58,008 nt of DNA from Wenzhouxiangella sp. (GTDB taxonomy: Bacteria; Pseudomonadota; Gammaproteobacteria; Xanthomonadales; Wenzhouxiangellaceae). Positions 8,523 to 17,354 of the stretch are shown here, one piece after another. The position numbers were made by a program, and so were the translations under genes. The notes under the pieces are model-generated. The model saw only the letters and a program-made list of their open reading frames with translations, was not told where the DNA came from and searched no databases. Position 1 is the stretch's first letter. Each line of letters begins with the position of its first letter. The stretch covers positions 1-58,008 of the forward strand of contig SKKV01000141.1 in NCBI GenBank assembly GCA_007123575.1, written 5' to 3'.

Positions 8523-9539
8523 TTACCAAACCACCTCAGCCATGGCACAGTTCAGGCCCGATCCAATGCCCATCAGGGCCATGCGGTCGCCGCGCTTTGC
8601 CTTTCCATCCTCTCTGATGCGCGACATCACGGTCGGGATGGAGGCCGGGCCGATATTGCCCAGGAACGGGAAAATGCGGTAAACCTTGGCCGGGTCGGCG
8701 CCGAAGGCGCGCACGAATGAATCAGTGTGCGCTTTGGAAACCTGGTGGATAACGACATGATCCAGCTCCTGGACCACCCAGCCCATCACCGTGCGCGCGG
8801 CGATGAAAGTCATGCTGGCCAGCTTCATGCCCTCGCGCAGCAGGCTCTTGGTATCGGTCCACATCTGGTGGTTCCAGCCGCGGCACAGGTTGTTGAACTG
8901 GGTGGCAGCGCGGGCAACGCCGCCCTTGTACTGGTGGCCGTCGGGCTCGAGATCCGCCCGCGACATCACCATGGCCGCCGAGCCTGACCCCAAGGTGAGG
9001 CTGGCGAACTCGGCCTTGAACTGCTTGCGATTCACCCCCGGCTCCAGCAGCCGCCGAATCGTGGTGTCGTTGATTTCGCGACTGTTTTCGCCGTTGACGA
9101 TCAGGGCATAGTCGATCTGGCCGCGCTCAAGCATCTGGGCGGCAATGTTCATGCCGTTGATGAAAGCCAGGCAGGCGTTGCCAACATCGAAGCTTTCGCA
9201 GGTATTGGCCAGTTTCAGATTGCCGTGCACCATGCAGGCGGTGGAGGGCTCAAGAAAGTCGCGGGAAACCGAGGTGTTGATCAGAATGCCGACCTGCTGC
9301 GGGTCGATATCGGCCTCGGCCAGCGCCTTGCGCGCGGCCAGAGTGGCCCCATCCGAGGGCTGCATGCCTTCGTCCCAGAAGCGCCGCTCCATGATGCCGG
9401 CGAGGTCAACAAGCGGATTCCCGGGCACGCCCAGCCGCTTCAAGGTCGGCGACAACCGCTCGGCGACTTCTTCGCTGGTGATGCGATGGGGCGGCTCGAT
9501 ATGAGCGACTGATTTGATGACGACGTTGTTAAACAGCAT
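8523..9539 (-). CDS. oleA: OleA-type thiolase-fold acyl-CoA condensing enzyme (3-oxoacyl-ACP synthase III family)
   Basis: INTSVSRDFLEPSTA (Glu), NACLAF (Cys), IHQVS (His), GNIGPAS (Asn), GIGSGLNCAMAEVVW, closely resembling Xanthomonas OleA. Confidence 0.9.
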   Translation of the reverse strand: MLFNNVVIKSVAHIEPPHRITSEEVAERLSPTLKRLGVPGNPLVDLAGIMERRFWDEGMQPSDGATLAARKALAEADIDPQQVGILINTSVSRDFLEPSTACMVHGNLKLANTCESFDVGNACLAFINGMNIAAQMLERGQIDYALIVNGENSREINDTTIRRLLEPGVNRKQFKAEFASLTLGSGSAAMVMSRADLEPDGHQYKGGVARAATQFNNLCRGWNHQMWTDTKSLLREGMKLASMTFIAARTVMGWVVQELDHVVIHQVSKAHTDSFVRAFGADPAKVYRIFPFLGNIGPASIPTVMSRIREDGKAKRGDRMALMGIGSGLNCAMAEVVW

Positions 9540-9622
9540 GAATTAGCGGGTCCGTGCGGAGGTGGTTCGGGAAAAATAACGCTCTATTATACCTCTTTTC
9601 GCTGATAGCCCGTTTCTGCCTC

Positions 9623-10933
9623 ATGAACAACATCGAAACCCCCATCCGCCAGGCTGCCGCGGCCCTGCGCGAAGCCGAGCGGCCGCTGAGAATTCTGGGG
9701 CTCCTGGCCTGGCCGCTGGCGGTGCGGGAACGTTTCCTGGCCAGCAATGGCGAGCAAATGCCTGACGTCACCTACGAGCGCGCCGACACTCGAATCGTTG
9801 AAGACGCGCTAACCCGGGCAAGACCCATCATTCGGCAAACCGGCCCGGCACAAGAGTGGTTCGAGCGCATTGCCGAGCGAATCGCCACAGCCAACCAGAT
9901 GCTGAATCACGTCGGCCAGCACTCTTTCTACCAGTGTTCAAGCCAGCTTTACGGGGCGCCGGATCTCGCTCCCGCCGACTCGGGACGCACCCCGCTGGAA
10001 CTGGCCCGCCGCCTGCGGCGCATTATCGACCGGCTCAGTCATGTCGACCTGGGAGCGCCGGCCGACCCGTCGGCAACCGCCGACGAGGTCGCCAAGCGCA
10101 TGCAAAAGGCCGTCAAGCAGTTCTTCGCCGACGAAGCACCAGCCATCGAAGTGGTCGACAACCTCTCGGCCAATGCTACTGCCGGACCGGAGCGCATTCG
10201 CATTCGCGCCACCGCCCGGTTTACAGACCGCGACGTAGAACAGCTGATTCACCACGAAGCCGGCATTCATGTCACGACCAGCCTGAACGGCCGGCACCAG
10301 GACGACCTGCCGATCCTGGCCGCCAGCCATCCCGGCACGACCCGGACCCAGGAAGGCCTGGCCGTGTTTGCCGAATTCATCACCGGTTGCATGGACCTGG
10401 ACCGCTTGAGCCGGCTGGCCGACCGCGTGCTGGGCATCCAGATGGCCGCTGCCGGCGCCGACTTTATCGAAGTATATCGCCATTTCCTCGAACAGCTCCA
10501 GGCCCGCGACGGCACTGACGATGCCAATACCGAGCTGACCCAGCGCAAGGCGGCGTTCGAGCAAACCCGGCGCGTGTTTCGCGGCGGCGTACTCGACGGC
10601 GGAGCGCCGTTCACCAAGGATGTGGTCTACCTGGATGGGCTGTTGCGCGTGCATGATTTCCTGCGCTCGGTGGTGGCAGCCGGGCGAGCCGACGTGCTGA
10701 TGCTGCTGTTTTGCGGCAAGCTGGATCTGGACGACATTCCAGTGCTCGGCAAGCTGGCGGATAGGGGGCTGTTGAAGCCGCCGCGCTTTTTGCCCAGCTG
10801 GGCGGCCGACCGTCGTTTCCTGGTCAGCTACCTGGCCTATTCCGGCTTCCTGGGCCGGGTCAGCATGGGCAAGGTGCACGAGCGTTACACCGATTTGCTG
10901 CAGCATGTGCCGGAGGTGCGGTTTTCAGCCTGA
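9623..10933 (+). CDS. QEGLA-motif metallopeptidase (DUF1704 / MATCAP-like Tyr/Phe carboxypeptidase family)
   Basis: HEAGIH (HExxxH), TRTQEGLA, FTKDVVYLDG motifs. Confidence 0.85.
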   Translation: MNNIETPIRQAAAALREAERPLRILGLLAWPLAVRERFLASNGEQMPDVTYERADTRIVEDALTRARPIIRQTGPAQEWFERIAERIATANQMLNHVGQHSFYQCSSQLYGAPDLAPADSGRTPLELARRLRRIIDRLSHVDLGAPADPSATADEVAKRMQKAVKQFFADEAPAIEVVDNLSANATAGPERIRIRATARFTDRDVEQLIHHEAGIHVTTSLNGRHQDDLPILAASHPGTTRTQEGLAVFAEFITGCMDLDRLSRLADRVLGIQMAAAGADFIEVYRHFLEQLQARDGTDDANTELTQRKAAFEQTRRVFRGGVLDGGAPFTKDVVYLDGLLRVHDFLRSVVAAGRADVLMLLFCGKLDLDDIPVLGKLADRGLLKPPRFLPSWAADRRFLVSYLAYSGFLGRVSMGKVHERYTDLLQHVPEVRFSA

Positions 10934-13807
10934 TCAGGTGTTGGCTTCGGTACGGTTGCGTCCTGACTGCTTGGCCTTGTAGAGCGCCTTGTCTGCTTTC
11001 TCAATCAGCGACCGCGACTGCGACGCGGTACTCGGCACCTGGCTGGACACGCCCAGCGACACGGTCAGGTCCAGCTCAGACTGGTTAACCCGCTTGCGAA
11101 TTTGCTCGGCCACCTCCAGCGCCGTTTCAAGACTGGCGCCGGGCAGAATGCAGATGAACTCTTCGCCGCCATAGCGCGCCACCAGGTCTTCGCTGCGGCG
11201 CAGCGAGCCGGAGAGGATGTCGGCCACTTCACGCAGGGCATCGTCGCCCGCCTGATGACCATGATTGTCGTTGTAGGCCTTGAAGTGGTCGACGTCGAGA
11301 ATGATGACGGCAAGTTCGCGCTTGCGCTCGGCACAGTTATGCCAGACCTCTTCCAGATACTCTTCCAGTCGCCGGCGATTGGCAATGGCGGTCAAACCAT
11401 CGATATGCGCCAGGCTGCGAAGCTTGCGATTGGCGGCGGCCAGTTCGGCCGTGCGCTGATCAACCATGGTGGCCAGCCGCGACTGCTCGGCCCAGGCGCG
11501 GCGCAGCCTGAGCCGGATAAACAGGCCGACCAGCAGCACCATTAAAGCAATCGATGCGGTGATCCAGATGATCCAGGCAGATCGAGTCTGGTACCAGGGC
11601 GCCTGAATCACGAACTCAAACGGCGTAATCCGGCTGACAATGCCCTCGGAATCACGGGCCTCGGCTTCAAACCGATAAGCCCCGGGCCGCAGACGCGAAA
11701 AGGTCACGCGAGAAGACCGCCCCCACTCACCGAAGCGCTCCTCCCAGCCCAATAATCGGTAGCGAATCTGGACCATATCCGGGCGGCGATACTCGGGTAC
11801 GGCAAACTCGAATACGAAGTAATCGTCGATCCGGGGGAAGACCAACTCACGGCCATCCAGCGCCAGTCGTTCTTCCTCGGTCTCGTCGCGGCTGCGTCTG
11901 ACTACCCCGGTCAGGCGAATGCCGGGCGCCTGGTCGCTGGGGGGCGGCACCGTTTCATCAAAGGTCAGAATCGCGCCGGTCCCGCCAAGCAGAACCTTGT
12001 CGTCGACAAAGTTGATCGACGTCACCGGGCCAGGCGTCAATCGGCTGACTTCCTCGGCTCGCCAACGCTCGCCCGCTTTCCGACGCCAAACCTGGCGCGA
12101 ATTGAACGCCCACTGCGTCCCATCCGGCGCTTCCTGCAGGCCCACCGGGCCATCTACGGCCGTCAACTCCATCAGGTTTCCTAAGGTCGTTGGCTGGAAC
12201 TCACCGTCTTGCCAGGCGAAAAACCCCGCCGAAGTCGACGCGACGATCTGGCCATCGAACGGCTGAAACCAGACCAGGCGATCTTTTCCAGACGCCAGGC
12301 CATGATCTTCCCCCAGCCTTTCCCACCCAGACAGGCGGGAATGGTCTGCGCTGAACCGGGCCCTAAATGCACCCTCACCAACGGCACTCAACAACAGTTC
12401 TCCGGGCCCGATTTCCACCATGGAAACGATCACGCCGGTCAGCTCATCTTGCCGAAACGTCCAGCGCCAGCCGCCATCGACGCGATCAAGCACCCCCAAA
12501 CCATAGTCGCTGCCGACATAGATTCGATCTGGATCAAACGCGCTTCTCAGCAGCTTTTTTGGATAGATGTCCTGATCCAGCAGCGAGGAAACTGAATCAG
12601 CGCTGACTTCCAGCACCTGGTATGAATTGGCAAACAAGGCCCGATCACCCAGATCCAGCCAATCCCAACCCTCGAAGGCGCTCCACTCGGTCGGCCGGAA
12701 TTCCACTCGGCCAAACCAGTCGACATCGCCAGGTCTGGAACTCGCCAATGCCCCGCTGCTGCCAATCGTCAGCCAGCGATCATTCCAGACATGAATCTCC
12801 TGCAGGCTGCCGGTCAGTCCCGTCTCCGAGCCCACGCGCAGCCAGGGCGAGGGCCAGGCTACATGCGCGGTGGTTGACATGCTTTGCACAAAAAGACCGC
12901 CGTGATGCGAGCGATTTACCGACAGGATGAAGTTATCGGAAACCTGAAAGCTTCGTAATGCGCCGGTGGTGGGATGGTAGAGATGCAGCCGACCATCGCT
13001 GCTGCCTAGCGCAACGCTGCCATCCTCCAGCACTTCGGCAGCACCAATGTCAGCCGAGCTGGGCATACCTGGCGGAACTGGCCACTCCTCCACTCGCCCG
13101 TTATCGAGGTGCAGCCAGCGACCATCGCGACGGGTCAGCAACAGTCCACCGGTAGCCAGCGGCAGCATCGCGTAGATTTGCTCGGTTAGCGCCTCATCGT
13201 CGGCCACCAGCTCAAAGCGATCGCCTAGCAATCGCTTGATGCCAAGACCGCGAAACTGGACCAGGGCCTCACCCTCATGCATCACCTGGGTACCAAAACG
13301 CCCCGAATGGCGCCACAGTTGACGACGATCGCCATCCAGGTCCACCAGGAACAGATGCTGGTCGGAATTAAACAATGCCCCGAACGGGGTCACAAGAATT
13401 TCCCAGACCTCGTCGAACCGTTCGCCATCAAGCTGATCGTCAAACTCGGCGGAAAGATCGGTAAAGTGCCATCGTCCTGCCTCATCAGCGCGCAAGTAGC
13501 CGAACAGGTCCTGGCTGCCAATCAGCAGCCGGCCCTGATTATCCATGGCGAGACTACGAACGGACTGGTGGCGCGGCGTGTGCCACATCGTCCATCGTCG
13601 ACCATCAAACGTTGCCACACCGGTGCCGGTGCCGATGTGAATCACGCCGGCTTTGCCCTGAACCAGGCTTAAGCGATTTGAGTCATGCTCGACGGGTAGC
13701 TCGATTTCCTGGATTGGCGGCAACCCGGACGGAAACGGCGGCAGTTCGGCCGCGGCAGCGACCCACGCCAGACAAAGGCAAATCGATCCTCCCGGCCAAA
13801 ATCTCAT
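10934..13807 (-). CDS. Diguanylate cyclase with periplasmic beta-propeller and Y_Y_Y sensor domain
   Basis: Signal-like N-terminus, propeller repeats, YRLLGWE..W...VTFSRLRPGAYRFE (Y_Y_Y), PWYQT+TM, DGLTAIANRR, DHFK..ND, RSEDLVARYGGEEF. Confidence 0.9.
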   Translation of the reverse strand: MRFWPGGSICLCLAWVAAAAELPPFPSGLPPIQEIELPVEHDSNRLSLVQGKAGVIHIGTGTGVATFDGRRWTMWHTPRHQSVRSLAMDNQGRLLIGSQDLFGYLRADEAGRWHFTDLSAEFDDQLDGERFDEVWEILVTPFGALFNSDQHLFLVDLDGDRRQLWRHSGRFGTQVMHEGEALVQFRGLGIKRLLGDRFELVADDEALTEQIYAMLPLATGGLLLTRRDGRWLHLDNGRVEEWPVPPGMPSSADIGAAEVLEDGSVALGSSDGRLHLYHPTTGALRSFQVSDNFILSVNRSHHGGLFVQSMSTTAHVAWPSPWLRVGSETGLTGSLQEIHVWNDRWLTIGSSGALASSRPGDVDWFGRVEFRPTEWSAFEGWDWLDLGDRALFANSYQVLEVSADSVSSLLDQDIYPKKLLRSAFDPDRIYVGSDYGLGVLDRVDGGWRWTFRQDELTGVIVSMVEIGPGELLLSAVGEGAFRARFSADHSRLSGWERLGEDHGLASGKDRLVWFQPFDGQIVASTSAGFFAWQDGEFQPTTLGNLMELTAVDGPVGLQEAPDGTQWAFNSRQVWRRKAGERWRAEEVSRLTPGPVTSINFVDDKVLLGGTGAILTFDETVPPPSDQAPGIRLTGVVRRSRDETEEERLALDGRELVFPRIDDYFVFEFAVPEYRRPDMVQIRYRLLGWEERFGEWGRSSRVTFSRLRPGAYRFEAEARDSEGIVSRITPFEFVIQAPWYQTRSAWIIWITASIALMVLLVGLFIRLRLRRAWAEQSRLATMVDQRTAELAAANRKLRSLAHIDGLTAIANRRRLEEYLEEVWHNCAERKRELAVIILDVDHFKAYNDNHGHQAGDDALREVADILSGSLRRSEDLVARYGGEEFICILPGASLETALEVAEQIRKRVNQSELDLTVSLGVSSQVPSTASQSRSLIEKADKALYKAKQSGRNRTEANT

Positions 13808-13940
13808 CAAACTCAGCTCCCACGCCAAGGCCCCTGTGGCTGCCAGAGCAGAACCGTGGCTGCTTGTTTTGCAACCCTGCAATCGCAGCCTGCGGCCGCA
13901 CTGCCCGCAAATTATCATAGCATCAGTGGAATCCCCCGTT

Positions 13941-16900
13941 TCAGCGCAGCAAACGGTTGATCAGTGATTTCAGGGCCAGCGGTCGAATCGGCTTGTGCAG
14001 GAACTCACAGCCGGCCTCGCGCGCGGCCTGACGAACGGCAGCGGCATGGTCGGCGCTGATCATGATGGTTGGACAGCGATGCCCGCGCTGACCGAGGCTG
14101 TCGAAAAGGTCAAGACCGGTAAGTCCATGGTCGAGGTGATAGTCGAGGATCACCAGGCTGGGGGTCTGAATCGACCACTCATGCAAGGCCTGATCAGCAT
14201 CCGCGGCCACCGCCACGGCCAGCCCCCAGCCCGACACCAGCGATTCCAGCGAGGCGCGCATCGCCGCGTCGTTGTCAACGATCAGGATACGGCCCGAACG
14301 CGCGCTGCGCTCGCTGACCGTCGAGCCGAGAGCAATCGTTTTTGGTCTGGCACGATCAACCAGCACACCAAAAAACGTGCCCTGACCCGGCTCGCTGATC
14401 AACTCCAGGGGGTGGCCAAGCAGGCGGGCCATGCGCTGGGCAATTGCCAGACCCAAGCCCAGACCGGGCGCATGGCGGTCCTTGTCGAGACGGCGGAACT
14501 CTTCAAAAATTACCGCTTGCGCAGCAGCTGGAATGCCCGGGCCAGTATCCCAGACACCGGCCAGCACCTGGTCGCCGCAGCGGCGACAACCAATCAGGAT
14601 GAGGCCATGGTCGGTGTAGCGAACGGCGTTGGAAAGAAAATTCTGCAGAATGCGCCTGAGCAGCTGTGGGTCGCTCTTGACCCACACCGAGGTTCTCGCC
14701 CGGCGCAAGGCCAGCCCGTGTTCCTCGGCCATCAGCCTGAACTCGCCGTGAAGCTGATCGAACAGCTCGCCGAGATGGAAGCTGGTGACGCGCGGCTCCA
14801 GGCCGCCGGCGTCCAGGCGCGAGATATCGAGCAAGCCCTCCAGCAGGTTCTCGGTGGCCGACAGGGCACCGGAAATCTGGCGCAGGGAATCCGATTCCGA
14901 CGGGCCATCGATGCGGCTGCTGAGCGAATGGGTCAGCAACTGGGCAGCGTTGAGCGGCTGGACCAGGTCATGGCTGACGGTGGCGAGAAACCGCGTCTTG
15001 GCCTCGGAAGCACGCTCGGCGTGGAGCTTGGCCTGCTCCAGCTCGGCCGTGCGCGCGGTTACCCGCTGCTCCAGGGTCTCGTTGATCTGGCGCAGCTCCT
15101 CGGCGGTGCGCCGAAAGGCGGTGACATCGGTGAAGGTGGCAACAAAGCCCCCGCCCGGCATGGGGTTGCCGCGAATTTCGATGATTCGACCATCAGGCCA
15201 GGGCCGCTCGACCAAATGACGGGAGCCGGCGCGCTTGAAGGTCAGGCGGCGTTGAATCTGCTCATCGATGTCGCCCGGCCCCAGCAGGCCACGTTCGGCA
15301 TTGCTGCGCAGCAGGTCGGCCACTGGACGCCCAACCCGAATCAGGTCGGCGGGATAATCGAACAGGTCAAGATAAGCGCTGTTCCAGGCCACCAGGCGCA
15401 TATCGCTATCGACCACGCAGATACCTTGACTCATGTTCTCTAGCGCACCGGATAGCACTTCCTGCGAAAAGCGGGCCTGCTCGGCCGCCTGGCCGACCAG
15501 GTCGGCCACGGTATCCAGCGGCGCGGGCGTGCGCTTGCGCGCAGCGTCAAGCAGCAGTCGTGCTGACGCTGCGCCTACCACAGCTGCCAGCTCCAGCTCC
15601 AGCCTGGATTCCAGTGAGCCAGCCTCACAGGGTTCGTCAAAAAGCATGGCCACGCGCTGATCAGGCAGAAAGCGTTCGGCCAGCTGACGCAGTACGGTCG
15701 GCTCTATCTGGGTCGCCGGACCCTCAGGATGAACACTCGGCAGGTGACGCGCCAGGACCAGGGTAACCGCGACGTTGGCCAGCAGGCTGACCAGCACGGC
15801 GCGGCTGAGTTGATCGAGGCCACCTAGCCCTAGCAGCTGCGCCGGTGCCAGCCAGCCCCAGCCCAGCGGGCCATCGCTGACCCAGGCCGCGCCGGTCAGC
15901 AAGGGCAAAAACAGCACGTAGCCCCAAACAAGCACACCCACCAGCAAGCCAGACAGCACGGCCTTGGCCGGCAGACCGGGACGGTAAACCGCCAGCATGA
16001 CAGCCGGACCGAGCTGGGCAAGCCCGGAAAAGCTCAACGCGCCAATATCGGCCAGCGCTTCGGTGGTGCCAACCAGTCGACCGTATATGTAGGCCAGCAG
16101 CATGATCACAGCAATGCCGATCCGACGCTGCAGTCGCACCGGAATGCCGTGCTCACTGATTTGCGACCAGCCGCGATTGACCAGGGCCGGGGTCAGCCAG
16201 TGGTTGCCGATCATGATCGACAGGGTCAGCGAGGCCAGGATGACCATGCCGGTTGCTGCACTCAAGCCCCCGAGGAAAGCGAACAGCGCCAGGGTGTCGC
16301 GACCGTCGGCCAGCGGCAGCATCAGCACGTACAGGTCAGGAGCCGTGCCTTGATCGGCCAGCAGGGCGTTGCCGGCCAGGGCCAGTGGCACAATCGGCAG
16401 GCTGATCAGGACGAGAAACAGCGGAAACAGCCAGCGCGCGGCGCGCAGGTGTGATTCAGCGCGGCACTCGACCACGCCAATATGGAATTGGTGCGGCAGG
16501 GTAAACATGGCCAGGGCGCCGAGCAGGCCTAAGGTAATGAAGCTGTCCAGGTTGCTGAAAGCTGGCCGCTGCGTCACTTGGGCAAGCTCGATCGGACTGC
16601 TGAACAAGCCGAAAACCACGAATGCACCCAGGGCCAGCATGGCGGTGAGCTTGAGCAACGATTCAAAGCCCATCGCGACCACCAGGCCCCGGTTGTGCTC
16701 GCGGGCCGAGGCCCGCCGGGTGCCGAACAGCATCGCAAACACAGCCATGAACACGGCCACGTAAAAAGCCAGGTCCAGCCAAGTGGTTAGCTCGGTCTCG
16801 GCCCTATCGCCCAATGTCAGGGCGCTGAAGCTCATCGCCACGGCTTTCAGCTGCAAGGCGATATACGGCACGATGCCGAGCATGGCCACGGCGGTGACGG

Positions 16901-17255
16901 TGGCCGCCAGCGTGGATGACTTGCCAAAACGGGTGGCAATGAAATCGGCGATGCTGGTGGAGTTTTCTGCCTTGCTGAGCCGAACCAGTTTCAACAGAAA
17001 CGGAAACCCCAGCACAAACAGGGCAATGGTGCCAATGAAAGTGGGCGGTATCGGCCATCCAAAACGGGCAGCCTGGGTGGTGGTGCCGTAGAAGGTCCAG
17101 GCCGTGCAGTAAACCGCCAGTGACAAGGAATAAATCACCGGCCAAAGGCGTCGGGTCAGGTGCTGACCGCGCTCGCCGTAGACGGCCACCGCAAACAGCA
17201 ATCCCAACCAGGCCAGCCCGGCAAGCAATACGGTGGCGGTAGACAAGGTCAGCAC
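13941..17255 (-). CDS. Hybrid sensor kinase with Na+:solute symporter-like N-terminus, PAS, HisKA/HATPase and receiver (CrbS/MxtR-like)
   Basis: YSLSLAVYCTAWTFYG, PYIALQLKA, LPHQFH SLC5-like motifs; PAS (LENMSQGI..VD); SHDLVQPL H-box; DTGPGI, GLGLGL; receiver ILIVDND..DYHLD..KP. Confidence 0.9.
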   Translation of the reverse strand: MLTLSTATVLLAGLAWLGLLFAVAVYGERGQHLTRRLWPVIYSLSLAVYCTAWTFYGTTTQAARFGWPIPPTFIGTIALFVLGFPFLLKLVRLSKAENSTSIADFIATRFGKSSTLAATVTAVAMLGIVPYIALQLKAVAMSFSALTLGDRAETELTTWLDLAFYVAVFMAVFAMLFGTRRASAREHNRGLVVAMGFESLLKLTAMLALGAFVVFGLFSSPIELAQVTQRPAFSNLDSFITLGLLGALAMFTLPHQFHIGVVECRAESHLRAARWLFPLFLVLISLPIVPLALAGNALLADQGTAPDLYVLMLPLADGRDTLALFAFLGGLSAATGMVILASLTLSIMIGNHWLTPALVNRGWSQISEHGIPVRLQRRIGIAVIMLLAYIYGRLVGTTEALADIGALSFSGLAQLGPAVMLAVYRPGLPAKAVLSGLLVGVLVWGYVLFLPLLTGAAWVSDGPLGWGWLAPAQLLGLGGLDQLSRAVLVSLLANVAVTLVLARHLPSVHPEGPATQIEPTVLRQLAERFLPDQRVAMLFDEPCEAGSLESRLELELAAVVGAASARLLLDAARKRTPAPLDTVADLVGQAAEQARFSQEVLSGALENMSQGICVVDSDMRLVAWNSAYLDLFDYPADLIRVGRPVADLLRSNAERGLLGPGDIDEQIQRRLTFKRAGSRHLVERPWPDGRIIEIRGNPMPGGGFVATFTDVTAFRRTAEELRQINETLEQRVTARTAELEQAKLHAERASEAKTRFLATVSHDLVQPLNAAQLLTHSLSSRIDGPSESDSLRQISGALSATENLLEGLLDISRLDAGGLEPRVTSFHLGELFDQLHGEFRLMAEEHGLALRRARTSVWVKSDPQLLRRILQNFLSNAVRYTDHGLILIGCRRCGDQVLAGVWDTGPGIPAAAQAVIFEEFRRLDKDRHAPGLGLGLAIAQRMARLLGHPLELISEPGQGTFFGVLVDRARPKTIALGSTVSERSARSGRILIVDNDAAMRASLESLVSGWGLAVAVAADADQALHEWSIQTPSLVILDYHLDHGLTGLDLFDSLGQRGHRCPTIMISADHAAAVRQAAREAGCEFLHKPIRPLALKSLINRLLR

Positions 17256-17288
17256 CGCAACATGTTAGCCATTGGACTGCTTTTGTAC

Positions 17289-17326
17289 AAAAGAAAACCG
17301 GGTTCGAGCGCAAGACTCGAGCCCGG
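17289..17326 (-). terminator. Intrinsic terminator after the TonB-dependent receptor
   Basis: CCGGGTTCGAG/CTCGAGCCCGG stem followed on the minus strand by TTTTCTTTT. Confidence 0.7.
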
Positions 17327-17354
17327 AAAGGGAGAGCAGATGCTTTCCTGCCGA

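Noticed and set aside
10934-13807. Novel sensor architecture
   Set aside because: Propeller + Y_Y_Y + GGDEF proteins are a known, widespread architecture
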